Part shown: positions 41,997-51,423 of the stretch, piece after piece | Layout: each line of letters opens with the position of its first letter | Numbering within the stretch: the first letter of the stretch is position 1 | Origin: Halobacteriovoraceae bacterium | GTDB taxonomy: Bacteria; Bdellovibrionota; Bacteriovoracia; Bacteriovoracales; Bacteriovoracaceae | Direction: 5' to 3' | Length of the DNA stretch: 64,000 nt | NCBI GenBank assembly: GCA_963719505.1 | Contig: CAVRCF010000005.1 | Location: forward strand, 32,001 to 96,000 | Notes under the pieces: generated by a model | What the model was told of the DNA's origin: nothing | The model's input: only the letters and a program-made list of their open reading frames with translations | The model's database searches: none | Program-made: the position numbers and the translations under genes

Positions 41997-42905
41997 TTGG
42001 GAATAGACCAGATAACATTAAATTTCGATGCAAGATCCCTACAATTACTCAATATTGTTTTGGGGGTTGTGATGTTTGGAATTGCACTAAACTTTGAAAC
42101 CAGAGACTTAAAGCATGTCTTTCGCGCACCAAAGCCTTTTATCATAGGACTTTTATGTCAGTTTCTTTTGCTACCAGCTTTGGCGTTTGCAGTGATTAAT
42201 ATCTTTAGTCTAGCCCCAAGTATTGGACTTGGGTTACTTTTAGTCTCGACTAGTCCTGGTGGAAATCTATCCAATCTGTTCACGAGTATCTCTGGAGGAA
42301 ATGTGGCTTTGTCCGTTTCCATGTCAGGTGTCTCAACCATGTTATCTGTCATTATGACCCCCCTTAATTTAAGCTTTTGGGGGGGACTTAACCCCCACAC
42401 TTCGGCCCTTCTTAAAAGTATCTCTCTAGATCCTTTGAGTACCTTTGTGACTGTGGTCACCATTCTCATCATTCCTCTTATTCTTGGACTTTTGACTAAA
42501 ATGAAATTTCCAGCTCTCACGCAAAAGGTGATACCAAAATTTAATTTCATCTCCTTTCTCGCGTTTTTTATTTTCGCTTTTGTTGGATTTCTCAATAACT
42601 CTCAGTACTTCTTTTTGTTTATTGGGAAAGTTTTTTGGCCTGTGTTTTGGACAAATGTAGGAGCTTTGGGTCTTGCGATTTTGATTGCCTTGAACTTAGG
42701 ACTTTCTGTTAGAGATTCCAAGGCCATAGGTTTTGAAGTAGGAGTTCAAAATGCTGGGTTCGCTTTAATTTTAGTCTTTAATTTTTTTAATGGTTTGGGG
42801 GGAATGGCCGTCGTCGCAGCTTGGTGGGGAATATGGCATGTCATCTCCGGCGGATCATTAGCGTACTTTTTAAAAAGAAATAACTTATGGAGTAAAAATG
42901 GATAA
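41997..42905 (+). CDS. bile acid:sodium symporter (BASS) family transporter
   Basis: VMFGIAL, QFLLLP, PGGNLSN, GNVALSV, EVGVQNAG. Confidence 0.9.
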   Translation: MGIDQITLNFDARSLQLLNIVLGVVMFGIALNFETRDLKHVFRAPKPFIIGLLCQFLLLPALAFAVINIFSLAPSIGLGLLLVSTSPGGNLSNLFTSISGGNVALSVSMSGVSTMLSVIMTPLNLSFWGGLNPHTSALLKSISLDPLSTFVTVVTILIIPLILGLLTKMKFPALTQKVIPKFNFISFLAFFIFAFVGFLNNSQYFFLFIGKVFWPVFWTNVGALGLAILIALNLGLSVRDSKAIGFEVGVQNAGFALILVFNFFNGLGGMAVVAAWWGIWHVISGGSLAYFLKRNNLWSKNG

Positions 42906-43854
42906 GAAAGATGTTTTAATTACAGGTGCTGCGGGATTTGTGGGAACTCAGTTAGTAAAAGAACTCGCCGCAAATGATCAGTTTAGGCATGTCGTTGGTA
43001 TTGATATTGTGAAAGCGCAAAGTGTGGAAACTCAAAAGGGTTATATTTACTATCAAAAGGATATTCGAGAAGACCTAAGTGAAATAATGCAAAAGTATAA
43101 CTTTGATAGCGTTATTCACCTGGCCACTATTGTTTCCCCTAAAAAGGGAATGACTCGAGAGTTTCTCTACTCCGTAGACGTCCTAGGAACTGAAAATATT
43201 ATCGATAGCTGTATAAAGGCGAGTGTTAATCATATCGTTATTATCAGCTCTGGTGCAAGTTATGGCTACTACCATGATAACCCTCAGTGGCTGGCCGAAG
43301 GGGATAAACTCAGAGGTAACCCTGAGTTCGCATACTCTGATCATAAAAGAATCATTGAAGAAAAGCTTGCGGCTTTTAAAGAGTCCCATCCCGAACTTAA
43401 ACAAATTATTTTACGGCCTGGTACCATCCTTGGAAAGACTGTCGACAACCAGATCACAGATATGTTTCACAAGCCCATCGTTTGGGGAATCAAAGGCTCT
43501 GCGATTCCCTTCGTTTTTATTTGGGATGAAGATTTTATCTCGATTATTATTAAATCTGTTTTAGAAAAGAGAGAGGGCATTTTTAATATCGCAGGAGATG
43601 GAGTTGTCTCTTTAAAAGAAATTGCAAGGACGATGAAAAAACCTTACGTGCAACTACCTTACTCTTTAATGTTCGGTGCCATTTCTGCGCTTAAATTTTT
43701 CAAACTCACTCAGTATGGACCAGAGCAAATTGATTTTCTTCGCTACAGACCCGTGCTTATAAATACCGCTCTTAAAGAAGAACTTGGATACATCCCAAAA
43801 AAATCCTCAAAGGATTCATTTTTGAGTTATCTAGAAGCTAAAAATTTATCTTAA
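42898..43854 (+). CDS. extended SDR, NAD-dependent epimerase/dehydratase
   Basis: TGAAGFVG, HLA, SSGASYG, YSDHK, LRPG. Confidence 0.88.
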   Translation: MDKKDVLITGAAGFVGTQLVKELAANDQFRHVVGIDIVKAQSVETQKGYIYYQKDIREDLSEIMQKYNFDSVIHLATIVSPKKGMTREFLYSVDVLGTENIIDSCIKASVNHIVIISSGASYGYYHDNPQWLAEGDKLRGNPEFAYSDHKRIIEEKLAAFKESHPELKQIILRPGTILGKTVDNQITDMFHKPIVWGIKGSAIPFVFIWDEDFISIIIKSVLEKREGIFNIAGDGVVSLKEIARTMKKPYVQLPYSLMFGAISALKFFKLTQYGPEQIDFLRYRPVLINTALKEELGYIPKKSSKDSFLSYLEAKNLS

Positions 43855-43864
43855 AGGAATTATA

Positions 43865-45199
43865 ATGAATCATGTTATCAACTCACAGCTTATTCTTGCC
43901 TCATACGATAAACAGTATCCTCTTATAGAAAGTGGGAAGGGAATTTATTTATACGATAGAGAAGGACGAGACTATATTGATGCCTCTGGATGCACTGCTG
44001 CCGTTTCTTCAATCGGTCACGGAGTTGAACAGATTGCTGAGGCAATCGCTAAACAAGCAAAAAAACTTTGTGTCTATCCCACCCATCTTTTTTATAATGA
44101 GACTTTAGAACATTACCTTGAACAATTATGCTCTTTTGCACCTGAAGGATTTAATAAAGCCTGGACCATTAGTGGGGGAACAGAAGCTGTGGAAAATGCT
44201 ATTAAATTGGCTTTTCAATATCACCGCTCTAAAGGACAACAGCGAACAAAGGTTATTGGAAGATGGGGAAGTTATCACGGAAACTCCCTTTTAGCGCTTG
44301 ATATTGGTGGAATGAAAGTTCGCCGTGACTACTACACTGACTTAATGACAAATCATCTGCATGTTGATCCCTGTTTTTACTACCGAGCAGATTCTGAGCT
44401 TTCTGAAGTTGAGTATGAGGACCATTTAGTGAATCAATTTGAGCAGCTGGTTTTAGAACACAAAGATGATGTGATTTGTTTTATTGCAGAGCCGATTGTT
44501 GGAGCCGCTCTGGGAGCAGTGGAGCCTACAGCAAACTACTTTAAAAAACTTAGAAAGATTTGTGATAAATACGATGTTTTAATGGTTGCAGATGAGGTTA
44601 TGACGGGCTTTGGAAGAACCGGTAAAAACTTTGGAAGCCAACATTTTGACTATGAGCCGGATATCTTGGCCTGTGCTAAAGGAATAACATCTGGCTATAT
44701 GCCTGTGGGAGCTGTCATTGCTCACGATAGAGTCGTGGAGACTATAAGACAGAGTAATCAACCCTTCTTTAGTGGTCAAACTTATAGTTGCACACCCATT
44801 GCTGCAGCAACTGGACAAGCCGTTTTAAATTATTTAATGGAACATAATTTAGTCGAAAATACCTCTCATATTGGCGAGTATCTCAAGGGCAAGTTTGACA
44901 CCCTTAGAGAGATTCCCTGCGTAGGAGATGTAAGAGGTCGAGGATTATTTTTAGGATTAGAATTTGTCAAAGATCAAAAGACCAAAGAGTGTTTTGACCC
45001 TCAACTAAATTTTGCCAAAAAGCTTGAAGCCACTTGTTTAAAAAATGGACTCGTGACCTATGCTGGAAGAGGAACAGTTGATCTCTCTATGGGCGATCAT
45101 ATGCTTTTCTCTCCTCCTTTAACGCTTACTAAAAATGAAGCTGATATTCTTTTTGAACGCTTAAAAAAATCACTGATACAAACATACAATGAAATCTAA
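43865..45199 (+). CDS. class III PLP aminotransferase
   Basis: SGGTEAVE, SYHG, AEPIVG, DEVMTGFGRTG, AKGITSGY. Confidence 0.92.
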   Translation: MNHVINSQLILASYDKQYPLIESGKGIYLYDREGRDYIDASGCTAAVSSIGHGVEQIAEAIAKQAKKLCVYPTHLFYNETLEHYLEQLCSFAPEGFNKAWTISGGTEAVENAIKLAFQYHRSKGQQRTKVIGRWGSYHGNSLLALDIGGMKVRRDYYTDLMTNHLHVDPCFYYRADSELSEVEYEDHLVNQFEQLVLEHKDDVICFIAEPIVGAALGAVEPTANYFKKLRKICDKYDVLMVADEVMTGFGRTGKNFGSQHFDYEPDILACAKGITSGYMPVGAVIAHDRVVETIRQSNQPFFSGQTYSCTPIAAATGQAVLNYLMEHNLVENTSHIGEYLKGKFDTLREIPCVGDVRGRGLFLGLEFVKDQKTKECFDPQLNFAKKLEATCLKNGLVTYAGRGTVDLSMGDHMLFSPPLTLTKNEADILFERLKKSLIQTYNEI

Positions 45200-45212
45200 C
45201 CAAGAGGTGAAT

Positions 45213-46505
45213 ATGATAGATAAATCAAAGAAGTACTTAGTTATTGGAGCGGGGCCTGCTGGACTAGCAGCCGCTCGAAATCTTCAAAAAGAAAATATTG
45301 ATTTTGAAGGGTTGGATTTAGCCGACGGCGTAGGTGGATTATGGAATATTAAAAGTCCAAGAAGCACAATGTATAATTCTGCTCACCTTATTTCCTCAAA
45401 GCGAATGACTGAGTTTAAAGAATTTCCAATGGATGATGACGTGGCAGACTATCCTCATCACAGTGATGTCTTACGATACTTTGAATCCTATGCGAAAAAA
45501 TTTGATCTGGAAAAATTCTACCGCTTCGGTGTTTCCGTTGAAAAGATGGACAAGGTGGATGGTCTTTGGCAGGTAAAAACCAGTGATGGGGAAGAAGCTC
45601 TTTTTAAAGGAGTTATCATCTGTGTGGGAACACTTTCTGAACCCAATATTGTAAACTACCCAGGTCAGTTTGATGGGGAAGTTATTCATTCTGCAAACTA
45701 TAAAGACCCTTCAATTTTTAGAGATAAAAAGGTTCTCATCGTGGGAGCTGGTAATAGTGGCTGTGATATAGTCGTCGATGCCGTTCATCACGCTAAGAAA
45801 TCTGACCTCTCTGTAAGACGCGGTTATCACTTTGTTCCAAAATTTATATTTGGAAGGCCCGCAGACACTTTGGGACAAAAGCAATCTTTTCTTCCCCATA
45901 GAATTAAAAAAAGTATCAATAAAGTTTTCGTGAAGATGCTTACTGGTAAACCTCAACAATTTGGTTTTCCAACTCCTGATCACGATCTTTTTGAAAGTCA
46001 TCCGATTGTGAATAGTCTTGTGCTCCATCATATCGGTCATGGTGATATAAAGGTTCGCTCAAATATTGAAAAATTAGAGGGTAAATTCGTGCATTTCAAA
46101 GATGGTTCAAAAGGTGAGTACGATCTTATTGTCAATGCCACGGGCTATAAGGTGCATTTTCCTTTTGTTGATAAGAAGTATTTAAACTGGGAAGGATATG
46201 TCCCTGAACTTTATTTAAATATTTTTCACCCAGAAGATGATTCCCTCATGATCCTTGGAATGGTCGAGGCCATCGGAATCGGCTGGCAAGGTCGTCACGA
46301 TATGGGCAGTCTTGTTGCAAAGTACTTAAAGGCAAAAGATAAAGAAACAATGGCCTTTAAATCCTTTAAAAAAAGAAGACATGAAAACAATGTGAATCTT
46401 GCAGGACCTGTGAATTATTTAAAACTGAATCGCATGGCTTACTATGTGCATAAAGATACTTATTTAAATATTGTCCATAAAGAGATTAATGCTTTGAGTG
46501 TGTGA
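45213..46505 (+). CDS. flavin-containing monooxygenase (FMO family)
   Basis: GAGPAG, GGLW, FDGEVIHSANYK fingerprint, GAGNSG, NATGY; GAGGTG RBS. Confidence 0.92.
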   Translation: MIDKSKKYLVIGAGPAGLAAARNLQKENIDFEGLDLADGVGGLWNIKSPRSTMYNSAHLISSKRMTEFKEFPMDDDVADYPHHSDVLRYFESYAKKFDLEKFYRFGVSVEKMDKVDGLWQVKTSDGEEALFKGVIICVGTLSEPNIVNYPGQFDGEVIHSANYKDPSIFRDKKVLIVGAGNSGCDIVVDAVHHAKKSDLSVRRGYHFVPKFIFGRPADTLGQKQSFLPHRIKKSINKVFVKMLTGKPQQFGFPTPDHDLFESHPIVNSLVLHHIGHGDIKVRSNIEKLEGKFVHFKDGSKGEYDLIVNATGYKVHFPFVDKKYLNWEGYVPELYLNIFHPEDDSLMILGMVEAIGIGWQGRHDMGSLVAKYLKAKDKETMAFKSFKKRRHENNVNLAGPVNYLKLNRMAYYVHKDTYLNIVHKEINALSV

Positions 46506-46520
46506 ATTTGATTTCAAACT

Positions 46521-46558
46521 AAGCTTGAGGGGCATTTTTTAATTTGTCTCTTGAGCTT
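46521..46558 (+). terminator. hairpin after FMO operon
   Basis: AAGCTTGAGGGGCA...TGTCTCTTGAGCTT (with G-U pairs), followed by a T-rich run. Confidence 0.5.
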
Positions 46559-46589
46559 TTATTTTTAGTTGAAAATAGGTTAGTTTGTA

Positions 46590-46640
46590 AAAAAATGGTA
46601 GTGAGAGGCAGATTTGAACTGCCGACCTTCGGGATATGAA
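46590..46640 (-). repeat. att site copy 1: 3' half of initiator tRNA-Met(CAT)
   Basis: Minus strand reads TT-CAT-AT CCCGA AGGTC GGCAG TTCAAAT CTGCC TCTCACT A CCA; no D-arm or 5' half; 51 bp identical to 53572-53622. Confidence 0.92.
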
Positions 46641-46757
46641 ACCTGTGAGGTGTATTTGCTAAACACTTTAAATGACTAGAGAAACTTAATAATAACAATA
46701 GTCTAGCTTCTTTTTGACTTCGCTTTATTTCGGTATTTTTCGTATCAATTTGTATGG

Positions 46758-46778
46758 CCGTAACACACCCGTAACACA
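46758..46778. repeat. tandem direct repeat, candidate integrase arm-type sites
   Basis: CCGTAACACA-C-CCGTAACACA, 11-bp period, ~118 bp inside att copy 1. Confidence 0.6.
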
Positions 46779-46908
46779 TGATTTAAAAATTTGACCCTCG
46801 TCATGAAGTTTAGGAGGTCATTTACTTAAAAAAATATTATTGCTAGATATAAATATGTTCGTGTCATAGTTAGTAAGTTTCACAAAAACAATACTTTCAG
46901 TAGTAAAT

Positions 46909-47370
46909 TTAATATTTTTCAAAAATGATCTCATAAGCTTCTTCTGGTGTAAGTTTCTTGTTTATGGTTTTTGATATTGCTCCATCCACTTCAGATAATA
47001 GCATTAAAGAATTGAGATCTATTTTTGAAACCTTTCCATCAGATTTGATCTTAACAATTCCATTTTTTAAACTTATATTATTTATTTCTGCTATATTAAC
47101 TTTAAATTCTTTTAAACGTAATCCAAGACCAATTCTTTCTTTTTGAGTTAGCGTACTTTGAGAAACTGTAATTTCCTTTAGCTTAGTCCAAGGTAAATAG
47201 ATTAGATATATTGTTATAGATCCAATAAATATCATGACGAATGGATTTATATCGTCTCTTCCATCTATTAAGTAGATCTCAAAGATGAATAACAGCATAA
47301 AAAATGTAGAGTAAATTTTACTTCTTATACTTACTAAATTTCTAAAAATGACTTCTTTCTCTACCAGCAT
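46909..47370 (-). CDS. 2-TM membrane protein, probable orphan immunity gene
   Basis: MLVEKEV... with two TM helices and a beta-rich C-domain; last gene of the RHS array. The longer ORF call runs into the IS end. Confidence 0.55.
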   Translation of the reverse strand: MLVEKEVIFRNLVSIRSKIYSTFFMLLFIFEIYLIDGRDDINPFVMIFIGSITIYLIYLPWTKLKEITVSQSTLTQKERIGLGLRLKEFKVNIAEINNISLKNGIVKIKSDGKVSKIDLNSLMLLSEVDGAISKTINKKLTPEEAYEIIFEKY

Positions 47371-47378
47371 TAAAATTC

Positions 47379-48640
47379 TGTTTGTAACCCCCTTTTCAAG
47401 TAGACACTTTTCCAACCAATAAGGGGAAGTTATGACGACTACTAAGTCACCGAAAAAACGTAAGCATTTTAGCAAAGAACAAAAATGTGCTATCTTAGCA
47501 GAGTACTTTGATCAAAAGAATTCAATGATCAGTATTGCCACAAAACATGGCATACACCCAGTAACTCTAGCTCAATGGAAAAGACAGATGTCAGACAAAA
47601 ATCCAAAGATGAATCATTCTCAATCAGAGCTAATTTCAGAAAATGAAAAGCAAAAAGAAGAAATCCGAAGACTCAAAAAGATTGTCGGGGACCTTTCTTT
47701 AGAAAAAGAAATTCTGAATGAAGCGGTAGAGATCTTTAAAAAAAATCCCAAAAAAGAAAAGTAGAAGCTGCCAAAGAAATCGTTAAGTTAAAACGATTCA
47801 AGGTAAGTCTCGTCTGTAGATATTTAAAAGTATCAAGGGCAGCTTTTTATAAAAAATCAAAAGGCTTAGAAATGAAAAGATATAGGAAAAAAGATGATGC
47901 TGAAATATTAGAATCCATAAAGGAGTTAAAAGAGAAACGCCCAACGTACGGATATAAGAGGATTACAGCGATGCTTAATAGAGAAAGAGTTCTTCATAAC
48001 AAAGCGATTGTTAATCGCAAAAGAATATATAGGGTTATGGATATGAACGATTTATTGTTTAAAAAATATCCATCAAGAAAAAAGCATCCTGGAACTGGAA
48101 AGGTAATGACTCTTCATTCAAATACTCGTTGGTGCTCTGATGGATTTGAGCTTCAGTGCTTTAACGGAGAAAAAGTTTACGTTGCTTTCAGCTTAGATTG
48201 TAAGGACAGGGAAGCAATAAGTTTTGTGGCCAAAGATCGACCACTTCAAGCAACAGATATTCGAGATTTGATGAGCGAGTCAGTCTTAAATAGATTTAAG
48301 GATGTTGAGACGCCACATAAAATTCAATGGCTAACAGATAGAGGAACAATTTATCGAGCAAACATCACACGTAATGCGGCCAGAGACTTAGGGCTTCTGA
48401 CATGTTATACAGCTCCATATAGCCCTTCTTCAAATGGAATGGCAGAATCTTTCGTTCACACTATCAAAAGAGATTATGCTTATCTCGCAGACTGTAAGGA
48501 TGCTGAAACAGTTTTAAAAATGTTGCCAGAGTGGTTTGCGGATTATAATGAAATAGCACCACATTCAGCATTAAAGATGATGAGTCCACTCCAGTACCGG
48601 AGTGCTAATTAAAGTGTCTACTGAATTGGGGGCCAAAGCA
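47379..48640 (+). mobile_element. IS3 family (IS2-like) insertion sequence
   Basis: TG...CA ends with imperfect IRs sharing CCCCC and GTAGACACTTT; orfA/orfB organisation; no perfect target duplication seen. Confidence 0.9.
47432..48612 (+). CDS. IS3 transposase OrfAB (programmed -1 frameshift)
   Basis: OrfA 47432-47764 HTH (IATKHGIHPVTLAQWK); OrfB opens at 47740 in the -1 frame at an A8 run (47738-47745); YGYKRI, WCSD, TDRG, NGMAESF (DDE). Confidence 0.92.
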
Positions 48641-48743
48641 ATTTCTTAATCAAGGTAAACCCAAGGGAGTACGCTGTATTATGACCGAACTAAAGTCAAG
48701 ATCATACTGAAATCAAGGTGCAAGAAAATTTCAAGTTTTTTAT

Positions 48744-48905
48744 CTATTCCATTGTGTAAAACTGTTTAATAATAAGTCCGATACCTACAATCATAAGTAT
48801 CCCCATTCCTTTGCCACCATAAGGAGTCCTTTCAGGATTTTTTTTAAAATAATTAAAATAGAAGATTGAAATAGCAATGAAAACAATTCCAACAGTTAAA
48901 TACAT
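48744..48905 (-). CDS. 53-aa 2-TM putative immunity protein (not in ORF track)
   Basis: MYLTVGIVFIAISIFYFNYFKKNPERTPYGGKGMGILMIVGIGLIIKQFYTME; AAGGAAG RBS; 12 nt after the stop of RHS tip 1. Confidence 0.7.
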   Translation of the reverse strand: MYLTVGIVFIAISIFYFNYFKKNPERTPYGGKGMGILMIVGIGLIIKQFYTME

Positions 48906-48917
48906 AAAACTTCCTTT

Positions 48918-49439
48918 TTAACGTGGAGAACATGAGTTTGTTGGGTTAACGACTTTATTAGGTATGAATCCACCAGGGTCTAAAGGAGTAAAGTTAGGTT
49001 CTCCAAATGGATGAGGCGGCTTGTCAGCATCTGCTCCATTTGTATTTGGGTCAAGAATACCTAACAGGTTGCCTCCAATTATACCCCCAGCAAATACTCC
49101 AGCTGGGTTTCCTCCTGACATTATACCACCAATTGCTCCACCAGTAACTGAACCAATAACTTCAAATGTTCCAAAATTTGTTGTTCCTTCTACGATAACC
49201 TCAACAGCAACAATCCCGACTTTTCCAGCATTTAAACCTTGAGGATCTTTAAAACTTTGTGGATTATTTTCAACATACCTGTAAAGATTAGTATCCCCAC
49301 CTGCAAACCCAATCGGATCAGCAGAGAGGAACCGGCCTATCCCAGGGTCGTAATATCTAGCTCTATAATAATACAGATGTGATTCTGAATCAAACTCACG
49401 ACCAGAAAATCCAAGGATATTACTAACTTGTGTCTCTTT
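48918..49439 (-). pseudogene. orphan RHS cassette 1: core-end fragment + glycine-zipper C-terminal tip
   Basis: No start codon; KETQVSNILGFSGREFDSESHLYYYRARYYDPGIGRFLSADPIGFAGGDTNLYRYVENNPQSFKDPQGL, then ...IGSVTGGAIGGIMSGGNPAGVFAGGIIGGNLLG...TNSCSPR. Confidence 0.85.
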
Positions 49440-49531
49440 AATTTATCTGTGTCAAACTGATCCTGTGCAGAGTATTGAAAAAGTCTATCGTATATAAACT
49501 TTTAGATAATTAAAATCTTATTTATCTCTTG

Positions 49532-49834
49532 TTATAGGTCCTCAAATTTCTCCCCACAACTCATGCACTTAAAATCATCCTTCAAAATAAATGGAGGAAT
49601 AAACCGATTCCGACAAATTGGACATTTTAATGTTCTTACTTTGTACAATACAAAGAAATGAAAAATTGACAGAACTATAACAACTACAGGGAGTAAGACT
49701 TTCCAGTCAATAAGATAATAGGTTTTATAAATTTTAATTAAAACAATTAGTGATAGGACCCCAGCCCATTTATATGGGCTGAAACTTCTCTTTAAGTTAT
49801 AGTAGAATCGAATTTTTTTTAATTCATCTTTCAT
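49532..49834 (-). CDS. putative immunity protein: 2 TM + zinc ribbon
   Basis: Two hydrophobic helices, then CPIC...CMSC; GAGG RBS; follows RHS tip 2. Confidence 0.7.
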   Translation of the reverse strand: MKDELKKIRFYYNLKRSFSPYKWAGVLSLIVLIKIYKTYYLIDWKVLLPVVVIVLSIFHFFVLYKVRTLKCPICRNRFIPPFILKDDFKCMSCGEKFEDL

Positions 49835-49860
49835 AGTGCCTCTTTAAATAAAAGTACAGC

Positions 49861-50370
49861 TCAACGATTGTCACAACTTCTTTTGGGTTCTGGATCTTTT
49901 TTAGGTTGTGTCTCACAACTTTGCCTAGTAGGATCACATTTTGGTACCGTTGGTATCTTTGGTTTAGGTTTAGGTTTAGGTTCAGGTTTCGGTTTGGTAA
50001 TGTTAGAAACGTCCTCAAGACATCCTTCGTACGCAAGGCAAATAACAAAAGCGCCATTAAAGATCTCAACTGCAGTTACTATTAAGTCTGCAACGATTGG
50101 GAGTAATGGGATACTCCCAGATGGATCTTTTGCTACTATCGCTCTGTTTTGCACGTATCTATAAAAGTTGGAGTCGCCACCGCCGAATCCAATAGGATCC
50201 TCAGAAATGAACCTACCTAACTTCGAATCATAATACCTAGCTCTATAGTAATACAGATGTGACTCTGAATCAAACTCTCGAGCTGTAAATCCAAAGATAT
50301 TACCTACTTGAGACTCTTCAATTTGAACGCCACTGCCATCATAAATTCTCATTTCTCCGAAGGCTGAGTA
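49861..50370 (-). pseudogene. orphan RHS cassette 2: core-end fragment + hydrophobic/Pro-Lys tip
   Basis: YSAFGEMRIYDG...GFTAREFDSESHLYYYRARYYD...DPSG, then hydrophobic helix, (KP)n, ...KRSCDNR. Confidence 0.85.
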
Positions 50371-50859
50371 CTACTTTTTTAGGTCTTCGAGGCTTCTGTC
50401 ATCAAATATCAAATTTTTATTACAAACAATCTGATTGATAAGTAGAGTGATAAAGTAGCAATAAACTATTATTTTTTGAAATGTTGAAATGTGAGATGTT
50501 TTAGCAAGATTATAGTTAAGATGATTCCAGAGTATGTATTCTAGCGGGATAAAAGCAATTGCCACTATGTAAGTGATGGTGATAACTCTAGTTGAATTTA
50601 TTAGAATTAATTTAAAATTGACAAGAAATATATTCTTTTTTGAAACAATGCTTCCGTATACAATAAGCCCTAGAATAATAGTACCTAGTATGCCGGTGAT
50701 AATTAGTAGTACTCTGGGGTCTGAAGATTTATAAAACGTGGTCGGTAAAATATATAGCACAGTGTAGACGTGTGCTGCTAATAATACAGCACACATTATA
50801 AGCAACTTTTTCGAAAAAAAGTTGTTTTGATTATAAAAAAAGAGCTTAAATTTGTTCAT
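50371..50859 (-). CDS. putative immunity protein, 4 TM
   Basis: Four hydrophobic segments; starts 5 nt after the stop of RHS tip 3. Confidence 0.7.
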   Translation of the reverse strand: MNKFKLFFYNQNNFFSKKLLIMCAVLLAAHVYTVLYILPTTFYKSSDPRVLLIITGILGTIILGLIVYGSIVSKKNIFLVNFKLILINSTRVITITYIVAIAFIPLEYILWNHLNYNLAKTSHISTFQKIIVYCYFITLLINQIVCNKNLIFDDRSLEDLKK

Positions 50860-50864
50860 TCATC

Positions 50865-51423
50865 TCACCTTATCAATGGACAGCTTCTAATTATGTTGTC
50901 AACACTTGAGTCATCATCCTCGTCGTCAAAAGTAACATCGTCGGCATCATCTGGGTCATTTTCTGCGCATTTACTAGGATTAATTTGGCAGTATGCGTAC
51001 TGTTTTATAGCATCTATAACATCTGAAATGCCAAAATTTCCAGAGGGATCTGTGTAAGTTAATGGTCTGTTTTTTACATATCTGTAGACATTTAAGTCTT
51101 TTCCATCAAATCCAGTAGGATCCTCAGAAATAAACCTTCCTAACTTAGCATCATAATACCTAGCCCTATAATAATACAGATGTGACTCTGAATCAAACTC
51201 ACGACCAGTGAATCCAAAGATATTACCTACTTGAGACTCTTGGATTTCAGTACCTGTGCCATCAAAAATTCTCATTTCTCCGAATGCTGAGTAAGCGTAT
51301 TGCTCAATGAGTGTCCCGTCTTTTTTAGTAATGGCAACTATACTTCCAAGTTGATCAGCATGAAGGTAGTAGGTGACACCATTTGTTTCCATCATCACAG
51401 GTTCATCAATTTGATCTGTGTAA
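50865..51423 (-). pseudogene. orphan RHS cassette 3: core-end fragment + short acidic tip, interrupted by IS1380
   Basis: TDQIDEP...YYLHADQLGSI...YSAFGE...RYYDAKLGRFISEDP...DPSG, then Asp-rich tip ending IRSCPLIR; frame resumes (SVVKYYY) right of the IS at 53441-53470. Confidence 0.85.

Noticed and set aside
619-46040. Numerous 60-145 aa antisense or alternate-frame ORFs in the track
   Set aside because: They lie inside well-supported genes and lack RBSs or motifs.
46596-46640. Intact tRNA-Met gene (also 53578-53622)
   Set aside because: Only the anticodon loop to CCA is present; no D-arm or 5' acceptor strand, so these are att remnants.
48648-48719. 9-bp direct repeat AATCAAGGT flanking a weak hairpin
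   Set aside because: Too short and unsupported to call a mobile remnant or RNA.
49961-49998. Telomere-like (GGTTTA)n repeat
   Set aside because: Explained by Pro-Lys codons of RHS tip 2 on the minus strand.
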